A DNA stretch of 64,000 nt from an uncultured Chloroflexia bacterium. Its GTDB lineage: Bacteria; Chloroflexota; Chloroflexia; Thermomicrobiales; UBA6265. The notes below the pieces were generated by a model. It saw nothing but the letters and a program-made list of their open reading frames with translations. It had not been told where the DNA came from and made no database searches. How positions within the stretch are numbered: the first letter of the stretch is position 1; each line of letters opens with the position of its first letter. Below, one piece after another: positions 9,497-18,241 of the stretch. The position numbers were made by a program, and so were the translations under genes. The stretch lies in NCBI GenBank assembly GCA_963724295.1, contig CAVRUC010000013.1, forward strand, positions 288,001 through 352,000. The letters run 5' to 3'.

Positions 9497-10045
9497 ATGC
9501 GTCGATTGGCTCTGCTCCTGTCCCTCGTTGGCCTCATGCTGCTCGGAGCCGCTGCCCCTGAAATGCAGCCGGGTACCCGAGCCCAGGGGGTCACGCCGGT
9601 CCCGGGCATTGAGCCGGAGGGGGTGATCTTCGAGCCGCTGGCCATTACCTCGGGGGTCACGCTCGCAAGTCCCGCGGACATCATCGCGGTGCGCTTGCGC
9701 ATCGAGCCAGGAGCTGGCATCCCCCTGGAGACGAGTGATCCGACAGGTGGCATGGTCATCGTCGAGTCCGGCACCTTCACGATTCGCGTCGATGCCCCAT
9801 GGGCTATTACCCGCAGTGGCAGCGCGCTTGCCGCCATCGCCACCGCCGAAGCCACCGGCACCTACACGCCCCCGGACGAGCAGATCAGTAGCGGCGAGGA
9901 GGTCACCATGGGCGCCGGTGATGCGGCCTACATCCCGGGTAGCGTCAGCGGCGAGATCCGCAATGACGGAGACGAGCCGGCGGTGGCTCACGTTGTGCTG
10001 ATCGGACCGACCGAAGGGATGACCGGAGCCACGCCCACACCGTAG
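9497..10045 (+). CDS. Secreted cupin-fold protein
   Basis: AGGAG RBS, signal peptide, VESGTF and GDAAYIPG...IRNDGDEPA cupin-like strands. Confidence 0.75.
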   Translation: MRRLALLLSLVGLMLLGAAAPEMQPGTRAQGVTPVPGIEPEGVIFEPLAITSGVTLASPADIIAVRLRIEPGAGIPLETSDPTGGMVIVESGTFTIRVDAPWAITRSGSALAAIATAEATGTYTPPDEQISSGEEVTMGAGDAAYIPGSVSGEIRNDGDEPAVAHVVLIGPTEGMTGATPTP

Positions 10046-10307
10046 ACACACGCCAGCATCAGTGAGCAGCGGCCCCGGGCGTCATGCCCCTCGTTCCGCG
10101 CTTGACGGCATGATCTGGTGCGCTAGAGGCCGGCCGCTTCCTTACGCTTGCCAGCGCTGCTCGAGCGACCAGAGCGCAAGCCACGTGAACCAGAAGGTGC
10201 CGAAGATGTTGAAGGTGTTGAAGTTGGCAAACTTGGCAAACTTTACCGGGACCGGGAAGATGTGCATCTTTGCCGCCGACCACGGCTGGCGCGTGATGGG
10301 CGATCCA

Positions 10308-11204
10308 TCAAGTCAGGACCGGAGTGACGTCCGGACCGCGCAGATGCCGCTCCCAGTAGCGCTCGCGGACCCCTTGCGTGATTGACCCGAGACGGCCGCG
10401 CCCGACCGTCCGTCCGTCGACCTCGACGACGGGGAAGATGCCACCGGCGGTGCTGCAGAGGAAGGCTTCGTCGGCGGCGTAGAGATCGTACGGGGTCAGG
10501 TCGCGCTCCGCGGCGGGGATGCCGAGCTCGGCCGCGATCTCGAAGACGGTCTCGCGGGTGATCCCCTCCAGAATGCCGCCGCGCGGGGTGTAGAGCGCGC
10601 CGCCGCGAACGAGGAAGACGTTCGCGCCGCGGCTCTCAGTGAGCAGGCCGCGGTCGTCGAGGAGCACCACGTCGTCGGCATTGGCGCGCTCGGCCTCCAA
10701 CCGCGCCAGATGGGTATGCATGCGATTGAAGTTCTTCACTTTGGCGTCGACGACCGCGGCCGGCCATTGCCGGATCGAGGGGATCACCAGGCTGAGACCA
10801 CTGTCCGACTTCTCCTGGGGCCAGAGCCAGAGATAGGGGATGGCATAGACGATGAGGGTCGGCTCGTGCGACGGCATCGACGGCGAGGGACGACGGCCGC
10901 GGGTGGCGATGGTCTGCACGTAGGCGTTGCGCAATCCGGCGCGGCGGGTCGTCTCGACGATCAGAGCCTCCAGCTCGGCGCCACAACAGCGAAGGGGGAT
11001 CATGGCCGCGTGCGCCGAGCGCTCGAAGCGAGCCCGGTGCTGGGGAAGCTTGAACAGCCCGCCCTCCCAGCAGGCGAGGGTGTCGAAAACCGAGACGCCG
11101 CCGATGAAGCCGCTATCGAAGATCGAGATCGTCGCGTCCTGGGCGGGCGCGAACTCGCCGTTGATGCAGGCCACGCCATTCAGCTCTTGTAAATGCATGG
11201 TCAA
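10308..11204 (-). CDS. Aminotransferase class IV (branched-chain / D-amino-acid type)
   Basis: INGEF, KVKNFN PLP lysine region, ILEGITRE and ADEAFLCST motifs. Confidence 0.92.
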   Translation of the reverse strand: MTMHLQELNGVACINGEFAPAQDATISIFDSGFIGGVSVFDTLACWEGGLFKLPQHRARFERSAHAAMIPLRCCGAELEALIVETTRRAGLRNAYVQTIATRGRRPSPSMPSHEPTLIVYAIPYLWLWPQEKSDSGLSLVIPSIRQWPAAVVDAKVKNFNRMHTHLARLEAERANADDVVLLDDRGLLTESRGANVFLVRGGALYTPRGGILEGITRETVFEIAAELGIPAAERDLTPYDLYAADEAFLCSTAGGIFPVVEVDGRTVGRGRLGSITQGVRERYWERHLRGPDVTPVLT

Positions 11205-11260
11205 CGTGCATCCTCCCCAGTCGACGTCATGACAAACCTTTCATACCGGTCGCATCCGGA

Positions 11261-12250
11261 TCAGGATGGCTCGGCGAGCCACTCTCGCATCTGCGCCGGC
11301 GTGAGATTGCTGCCGCAGATCACCGTGCCGATGGTCTGTCCCGCGAACCGCGCCGGCTCCTGCACGAGTGCGGCCAGACCGGCCGCGCCGGACGGCTCGG
11401 CGACCACCCCGGCGTGCCGGTGCAGCAGGCGCATGGCGCGCAGGATGGCATCATCCGGGACCAGGATCAGCTCGTCTACCAGGCCTCGCAGATCGTCCAG
11501 CGCCTCCGGCACCGGGACACGCACGCCGATGCCATCGGCAATGGTGTCGATGCGGTCGTGGCTGATCATGCGACCGGATTGCAGCGACTCGATCATCGCC
11601 GGCGCGCCGGATGCTCCCACCGCGACGACGCGCGTTTCTGGCCGGCGCGCCTTGATCACGGTGGCGATCCCGGCCAGCAACGCGCCGTTACCGAGCGGAA
11701 CGAGGAGGGCATCGAGCCGCTCCGGGAAGTCGAGCCACTCCAGCGCGATGGTGCCCGCGCCTTCGGTCGGTTCCGGATCGCGGCTGTCCTCGACGAAGCG
11801 AGCGCCTTCCCGCGCCGCGGCCTCGCGCGCCAGCGCCTTGGCGGCATCGAAATCCTCCCCCGCGAGGACCACCCGCGCGCCCATGGCCCGCATGCGCGCG
11901 ATCTTCAGCGGGTTCGCCTGCTCTGCCGCGTAGACGGTCAGCGGCACGCCGCGGGCACGGCAGGCGTAGGCCATCGCCTGGCCGAAATTGCCGGCGGAGG
12001 CACACATCAGCGCGACCCCCGGCGGCAGGTTGTGCACCAGCCAGTCGGCGCCCCGCCCCTTGAACGAGCGAATGGGATTGAGGGTCTCGGCTTTCAGCAC
12101 GACGCGGGCGCCGAGCTCTTCGCCCAACGGCTCGCAGACCCACTGTGGGGTGTGGAGAAAGACCGGGTCGATGGCCCGCGCCGCCGCCTCGATGCGCTCG
12201 AGGACGATGCGCCGGGCGTTGCTGGATGGCGCAAGCGATGGCGTCACCAC
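11261..12250 (-). CDS. PLP-dependent threonine/serine dehydratase
   Basis: KAETLNPIRSFKGRG, ASAGNF, LGNGALL and EPSGAA motifs. Confidence 0.9.
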   Translation of the reverse strand: MVTPSLAPSSNARRIVLERIEAAARAIDPVFLHTPQWVCEPLGEELGARVVLKAETLNPIRSFKGRGADWLVHNLPPGVALMCASAGNFGQAMAYACRARGVPLTVYAAEQANPLKIARMRAMGARVVLAGEDFDAAKALAREAAAREGARFVEDSRDPEPTEGAGTIALEWLDFPERLDALLVPLGNGALLAGIATVIKARRPETRVVAVGASGAPAMIESLQSGRMISHDRIDTIADGIGVRVPVPEALDDLRGLVDELILVPDDAILRAMRLLHRHAGVVAEPSGAAGLAALVQEPARFAGQTIGTVICGSNLTPAQMREWLAEPS

Positions 12251-12435
12251 GGATAGGGTTCCTTCACAGGCATGAGACGGTGCGGGTGGCACGGCTCACG
12301 CGCTTTGCGATGCCCAGGACGCGTCCGATTTATTGGGCGCAGTGTAGTGATAAGATGCATGTGCTGTCGCGATCGATGACTCGCCGATGCAGGCTACCTC
12401 ACCCGATCGCTCAACGAAGCAAGGAAGGAAATGTC

Positions 12436-12875
12436 GTGGACGGACCCCAGTTCGATACGCTGATCAAGCGGTTCTCGACCACGACGCTCAGCCGGTCGAC
12501 AGCCCTGCGGGGGCTGGCCGCGACTGTTGCCGCGCTCACCGGGGTGGCGCTTGCCGCGAAGCCGGGCGCGGCCGAACAGCGGAAGGTCTGTCACTGTGAG
12601 GATGAGTCGGCGGCGAGCTGCGAGACCCTCACTTTGGGGAGAAAGGCAGCCAGGAATCACCTCAGACGGCCATGACTGCGACCGTAGGGGCAAGTGCCGT
12701 GGCGTTAGCGGCTGCTGCCTGGAGATTGGGGAGATTTGCACGGCCGGGGTCCTGCTGCTCAGGCAATTGCCTGGGCGGAACTTGCCAGCCTTGTAAGTCG
12801 AGAGGAACATCCTGTGGGTCGGATTCGGAGTGCTGCTCGAAACGGTGCAACGTCACCTGCCAGCGGAGGAGGTAG
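12436..12875 (+). pseudogene. Cys-rich secreted peptide with two knottin-like repeats (two +1 frameshifts, possibly assembly errors)
   Basis: AAGGAAGG RBS; MDGPQFDTLIKRF leader; the Cys-rich sequence continues across three successive frames with shifts near 12670 and 12750. Confidence 0.65.
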
Positions 12876-13034
12876 CAGCTCGAGCTCGAGGAAGATGGCC
12901 GCCGGGATGAGTTAGCGTTCCACGAGAACTACCCGGCACCGGGTCCGGTGCCATCGCCAGACAACCCGGCTGCTCATGGGGCACTGTTGCTCGAGCTATC
13001 GGATGGCTCGAGTCCTGAGACGCGGTAGAGCAAT

Positions 13035-13997
13035 TTGGACAACGCTTTAGCGCAGCATTCCGACCGATCACCATCAACGATCGCTCTTGTCCAGGCGACA
13101 TTTGCTCAAGTCCTGAACCTCGATGCGGTCGGCCCACACGACGACTTCTTCGAGTTGGGCGGTAATTCCCTGATCGTCGCGGCGGCAGTGGCGCGGCTTG
13201 GTGAACGACTCGGCATCGATCTCCCCATGCGCGCGCTGTTCGAGGCGCCAACGCCGATCGAGATGGCCGAGCTCGTCGCCGAGCTTCCTGGCGAGCAAGA
13301 GCGCGATCCATCCTTCAGGATGACCCCGGCGCTCCCCGACTGGGTCATTCCCCTGCAGGGCGAGGGCTCCGGGCGGCCCGTTTTCGTGTTTCCAGCCGGG
13401 CACGGTGATGTGCGGGCGCTGGCCTACGAGGCCCAGGTGGCTGTCCTCGCCAGCCGGACCCATCCGTTCTGGGGGTTTCCGCGCGAACATCCACACCTCG
13501 AGGAGGCGCGCCAGGCAGGGATCCCGGCGCTAGCCGCCGAGTACGTACGGCAAATGCGAGCCATCCAAAGCCAGGGTCCCTACCTCCTGTACGCGAGCTG
13601 CGCCGGAGGATATCTGGCCTGGGAGGCGGCGCGTCAGCTTCTCGCCGCTGGAGAATCGGTCGCCGGCATCCTCTTTTACGAGGTATTTCTGCGGCCCGAT
13701 TTCGACGAGCTCCTGCATGGTCACACGCCAGCTCACATCTCACCTGCGTGGACCTTATCGCTCTACTACCGGCCTCAGCCTCTGCCGGTCGACCTCACGA
13801 TCCTCGAAACAGACGAATGGCGCGCCAGACGCTGGTCAGAACCGTGGCGACAGGTCGCGGCCAAAGGTATCGAAATGATTCGTATTCCAAGCGATGCCCA
13901 GGGATTCCAGGACGTCGCAGCCAAACGAAGAGCGACGCTTGCCGATCAGGTACGGGTTTGGATCGAGAAGGCCGAGGCCGGCGTGCAGAGCGCCTGA
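13035..13997 (+). CDS. Carrier protein (PP-binding) - thioesterase didomain protein
   Basis: DDFFELGGNSL phosphopantetheine site, LFEAPT, TE-like PVFVFPAG and GPYLLYASCAGG. Confidence 0.85.
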   Translation: MDNALAQHSDRSPSTIALVQATFAQVLNLDAVGPHDDFFELGGNSLIVAAAVARLGERLGIDLPMRALFEAPTPIEMAELVAELPGEQERDPSFRMTPALPDWVIPLQGEGSGRPVFVFPAGHGDVRALAYEAQVAVLASRTHPFWGFPREHPHLEEARQAGIPALAAEYVRQMRAIQSQGPYLLYASCAGGYLAWEAARQLLAAGESVAGILFYEVFLRPDFDELLHGHTPAHISPAWTLSLYYRPQPLPVDLTILETDEWRARRWSEPWRQVAAKGIEMIRIPSDAQGFQDVAAKRRATLADQVRVWIEKAEAGVQSA

Positions 13998-14041
13998 ACG
14001 TGCCAATGGCACGGGTCATCACAAGCGACCGCGGTCGCTGA

Positions 14042-15664
14042 ATGAATACTGAGCTGACGCGTTCGGCAAACGAAAACAGCGCCGGTAGCACGAGCGAGAA
14101 CGTGACCCTCCCGGAAACGATCCACACCATCCCGGAGGCGCTGGCCTTCTGGGCGGAGCGGACGCCGGACGCGCCCGCGCTGCGCGGGATCGACGGTCAG
14201 GCATGGTCACATCGCGAGCTGCTGCAGGCCGTTGGCGATGTCGCAAGCCGCCTCTCCGCACTGGGTATTGACAGCGATGCCCGGGTTGCGCTCGTTCTTC
14301 CTCCAGGGGTCGAGGCCAGCATCGCGCTGCTCGGCGCGATGGTGGCCGCCATCGCCGCCCCGCTCAACCCGGAATCGACGTCACACGAGCTGACGCGCGA
14401 CCTGCAGCGGCTGGCGCCACGGCTGGTGGTCACGGGAGGTTCTTCCGCGGGGACAAGCGAGAGCGTGGCCGTGGCCCTGGGGATTGCCACGGTGAGCGTG
14501 GACGACCTGCTGGCGCCGGCTGGGCACGAAGGAGGCCCGGCCGGCGGCCTTCCCCGCCGGGACCCTGAGAGCATCGCCGTGATCCTGCACACCTCCGGCA
14601 CGACGGCCTCCCCAAAGCGCGTGCCGCGTCCTCACCGGACGTACGTCGCCTGCGCGCGGGCGGCACGCGCCTGCACCAACCTCACCCCGGCCGACGTGGG
14701 GATACTGACCGCCGCGCTCCACACCAACGCGGGCGTGGCGAACTTGCTGTCCGCGCTCTTCTCCGGAGGCTCCTGTGTCGTCGCGCCGGGATTCGATCCG
14801 GTCGCATTTCCAGACTGGCTTGCGGACCACCGGCCATCCTGGTTCGTCTCGACGCCGACGGAGATCAGGCTGCTCCTGGATGCCGCGACCGCCGCCGGCC
14901 GGGAGAGCATCGCCGGACCGGGGTCGCGCCTGCGCGCGGTCCGCCTCGGGGCACAACCCTTGCCACCGGGAATCCTCGAGCGCGCGGAGCGGAGCTTGCG
15001 CGCTCTGATCTTCGACGGCTACGGCATGACCGAGGCGAGCTACATCGCCGGTGGCGGACCGGGCGCCGAGGACCGCCGCGAAGGATCCTGCGGCCGCCCC
15101 ATATCGACGGAAATCCGGGTGCTCGATGAGGCTGATCGGGATCTTCCTCCCGGGGCGACCGGGGCGATCGTCATTCGTGGGCCGACGCTCTTCCCCGGCT
15201 ATCTGGACGATCCCGAGACGAACGCGGCGCTGTTTCTTCCCGGTGGCTGGTTCCGCACTGGTGACCTCGGGTATCTCGACGCGGATGGCTTTCTCTATCT
15301 GAGCGGGCGCGCGCACGAGGTGATCAACCGCGGGGGAGCGAAGATCGCCCCGGTGCAGGTCGACCACATCCTGGTGCGGCATCCGGCCGTGGCCGAAGCC
15401 GCCGTCTTCGCCGTCCCGGATACGCGACTCGGCGAAGACATCGTGGCGGCCGTCGTGCTGAAGCCGGACATGACTGTCAGCCAGCGTGAACTGCGGAGCT
15501 GGATGCTGGACCGGCTCAGTCCGTACAAAGTGCCGCGGCGGATCTGGGTGATCGAAGCTCTGCCGCGAACGCGGACGGGCAAGGTCCAGCGCAGGGCGCT
15601 CGCCGATCGCTTCCTGAACGAGACGCGCCGGACAACGCCGGCGAGTGACTCGCCACGCGGTTGA
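14042..15664 (+). CDS. AMP-dependent synthetase / acyl-CoA ligase (adenylation enzyme)
   Basis: LHTSGTTASPK, GYGMTEA, WFRTGDLG, INRGGAKI and PRTRTGK motifs. Confidence 0.92.
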   Translation: MNTELTRSANENSAGSTSENVTLPETIHTIPEALAFWAERTPDAPALRGIDGQAWSHRELLQAVGDVASRLSALGIDSDARVALVLPPGVEASIALLGAMVAAIAAPLNPESTSHELTRDLQRLAPRLVVTGGSSAGTSESVAVALGIATVSVDDLLAPAGHEGGPAGGLPRRDPESIAVILHTSGTTASPKRVPRPHRTYVACARAARACTNLTPADVGILTAALHTNAGVANLLSALFSGGSCVVAPGFDPVAFPDWLADHRPSWFVSTPTEIRLLLDAATAAGRESIAGPGSRLRAVRLGAQPLPPGILERAERSLRALIFDGYGMTEASYIAGGGPGAEDRREGSCGRPISTEIRVLDEADRDLPPGATGAIVIRGPTLFPGYLDDPETNAALFLPGGWFRTGDLGYLDADGFLYLSGRAHEVINRGGAKIAPVQVDHILVRHPAVAEAAVFAVPDTRLGEDIVAAVVLKPDMTVSQRELRSWMLDRLSPYKVPRRIWVIEALPRTRTGKVQRRALADRFLNETRRTTPASDSPRG

Positions 15665-15785
15665 GGGGTCGCTCCGTATTTCCACATCTTCGTCGGTTCG
15701 CCTATCCTTTTGCCTGACGTGGCCGCGCCAGTGACCACGTCGAGGTGCTCGAGATCCAGAGCGAGCCTGTTGGGATGAGGCGGTC

Positions 15786-16529
15786 ATGAGACCGGGCAGT
15801 TCGAGCCAGCACCCCGAGCCAAACTCAACCGGCGAGGCGCCCGCACAGCGGAGTTCCAGGGGAGCGCCGAGATTCTGGATCGTCCCGCCTGACAGCGGCC
15901 AGGATCAACCCGGGTCGCCGGGCGCACTACCGTACGACGATGTGCCAGATGAGGCGTTGATCGCCGCGCTCGTTGCCGGCGAACCGGAGGCGCTAGGGGC
16001 GCTGTACGATCGCCACGCCCGGGTCGTCTTCTCCCTGATCATGCGGATCGCCGGCGATCGAGACGTGGCGGAGGAGATCCTGCAGGAGGTCTTCCTCCGC
16101 GCATGGCGACAGGCGCATGCGTTCGATGAGACACGCGGTACGGTCCGGTTCTGGTTGCAGCGTATCGCCCACAACCTGACGCTCAACGAGCTTCGCCGCC
16201 GCCAGCGCCGCCCGCAAGTGCAACGGCGCCCACCCAGCACTGATGCCGAGGATGACGACTACGCTGGATACGTCGCAGCGGGGCAAGATCCCGCGGTCGA
16301 TGCCTGGTGCGCGGTCCGCGACGCCGAGCTAGCGCAGGCGCTCGACCAATTACCGCCGGTCCAGCGCGCGGTGCTCCTGCTCTACGCGCAGGGATTCAGC
16401 CAGTCCGAGATCGCGGCCAAGCTCGGCGAGCCGCTTGGCACCGTCAAGTCGCGGATGCGGCGGGCGCTCTGCCGGCTCCGTGAGGCCCTGCCGCCGCTCG
16501 GCATCGACGCTGGCTGGCGAGGTGATTGA
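15786..16529 (+). CDS. ECF RNA polymerase sigma factor (SigK-like)
   Basis: LYDRH, AEEILQEVF, region 4 SQSEIAAKLGEPLGTVKSR. Confidence 0.9.
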   Translation: MRPGSSSQHPEPNSTGEAPAQRSSRGAPRFWIVPPDSGQDQPGSPGALPYDDVPDEALIAALVAGEPEALGALYDRHARVVFSLIMRIAGDRDVAEEILQEVFLRAWRQAHAFDETRGTVRFWLQRIAHNLTLNELRRRQRRPQVQRRPPSTDAEDDDYAGYVAAGQDPAVDAWCAVRDAELAQALDQLPPVQRAVLLLYAQGFSQSEIAAKLGEPLGTVKSRMRRALCRLREALPPLGIDAGWRGD

Positions 16530-16591
16530 CAATCATGGCTAGAATGAGGTAGTGAGGATTTCCGACTGGGAGCTCCGCCGAGACACGACCT

Positions 16592-17454
16592 ATGCGTGAC
16601 ACGACCCTGCGAGATCACCTGGTCATCGTCGCCCAACTGCCTGACTTCGTTCTCGGCAAGCTGGACGAGACGAGTCTGCGGCGGGTCGACCGGCATCTGG
16701 ACGTCTGTCCCACCTGCCGCCGCGAGCTGGCCAACGCGATGGACGTCCTCGGGTCACTCGCCGTGGCGCCGCCACCCGCGGCGTGGGTGCGTGGCGCCAT
16801 TCTCCAGCGCGCGGACGCCGAGCATCAGCGCCGCCGTCCGACAGGAGATCGCGCCCAGCATCGCCATTGCCGAGCCGAAAGCCACGGGCGCGATTGGGCG
16901 GAGTCCGGTCTCCGCGACGAGCCACCGGCGTCTCGTGCCATCCGGAAAGCCGGCTCCGCGCTGGGCGCTCGTAGCGTGCGGCGGCGGTCCTCCTGGTTAC
17001 CGGATTGGCGGGATGGGGTTACGAGCAACGCAACAGCAGCGCCGACATGCCCTTGCAGGACAATTCGCTCTCCGCTCTGGTGGATGAGTCGACGACCGCT
17101 TACCCGCTTGACGATAGCGATCTACCCGTTTCGGCGACGGGGGTCCTCTTCGCCGAACCACAAGGGCGCGAGGTCTATCTCGTCGCCAACGGGCTGCCGG
17201 CGTTGCCACGCGATCAGCGCTATCAGGTCTGGTTATTCACCACGGACGACCAGCAGCTGAGCGCCGGACTGGTGACGGTCGGGGCCGACGGCGACCTCCG
17301 TGCGTTTCTCGAAACACCCGCTCCCTTTGCCAACTACGTCGGGGTTGGCCTCACCGCCGAGCCGGAATCGGGAAGCGCCATCCCGACCTCGGATCTGGTG
17401 CTGGGCGGCTCGTTCCCGCCGGCTATTGCGGCCCTGCCCTCGGCGCCGGCGTGA
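16592..17454 (+). pseudogene. Zinc-finger anti-sigma factor (RskA-like), two frameshifts
   Basis: HLDVCPTC ZAS motif; C-terminal LPALPRDQRYQVW...LTAEP RskA-like domain in another frame; shifts near 16812 and 16985. Confidence 0.8.
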
Positions 17455-17479
17455 TTCGTCTCACCCTCCGGGTGAGATA

Positions 17480-18124
17480 TCAGCGGGACGGTTTACCGGT
17501 CAATGAGCTCCTGAAGGCCGGGATCTCACCGCCCGGTGAGAAGCGGTTGGGCTCTGTCACGATCGAGCCGGCGCCGTCAGATCGGTTGGCCTCCAGCACC
17601 TGGGTCCCGTTTTCGTCCCCGGCACGGAGCTGTACGAGCGTGAGCCGCGCCAGACCGCGGAAGTACCAGAAGCAGCCACCCTGCCCCTGAACGTCGGTCT
17701 GGAAGGAGCACAACGGAGTGAAGGCAGTCGCTTCCAGGGAGCCCCGAGCGCCGAACCGACCTCTGATGACAACGGTGTAACTGGCGCCCGGCTCGAGACC
17801 GCTAAATCGAAATGACGCTCGCCACTGCGAGACCGGCTCCTTACCGCCCTTGTAGTCGACGATGCCTGATCCCGTCGCCCCCGGCAGCACGTAGGGTTCA
17901 ACGGTCGAGAACGTCAGCCGATTCTTGCCGAAGTATCCGATGTTCTGGGCCGCGGCCGGGGATGCGCCGAACGCAAGCACCGCAACTGCAAGGGCAAGGG
18001 CAAGCAGCACGATCCAGCGAACCGTCCCGCGGGCACGCCCGCACGGCGCCGTGGATTCCTCCGCCTGCACCCGGCCGTTGGGCCGGTGCGCCCGGCTGGC
18101 GCGGCGGTCAACCACCTCGTGCAT
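17480..18124 (-). CDS. Secreted hypothetical protein
   Basis: Hydrophobic signal ending AAA-Q; beta-rich body with a Cys pair. Confidence 0.65.
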   Translation of the reverse strand: MHEVVDRRASRAHRPNGRVQAEESTAPCGRARGTVRWIVLLALALAVAVLAFGASPAAAQNIGYFGKNRLTFSTVEPYVLPGATGSGIVDYKGGKEPVSQWRASFRFSGLEPGASYTVVIRGRFGARGSLEATAFTPLCSFQTDVQGQGGCFWYFRGLARLTLVQLRAGDENGTQVLEANRSDGAGSIVTEPNRFSPGGEIPAFRSSLTGKPSR

Positions 18125-18241
18125 TACCCTCGATCCCAGAACCATCGAAAACTATCCCCGTAAATCTATACACCGCCGTTCGAATCTTGGATTCGCCGCG
18201 GACAACGGCTGATCCGGGAGCCGGCGGTGCCATGCCGGCGG

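Noticed and set aside
14381..15787. 468-aa minus-strand ORF
   Set aside because: Antisense shadow of the adenylation enzyme in high-GC DNA; no motifs
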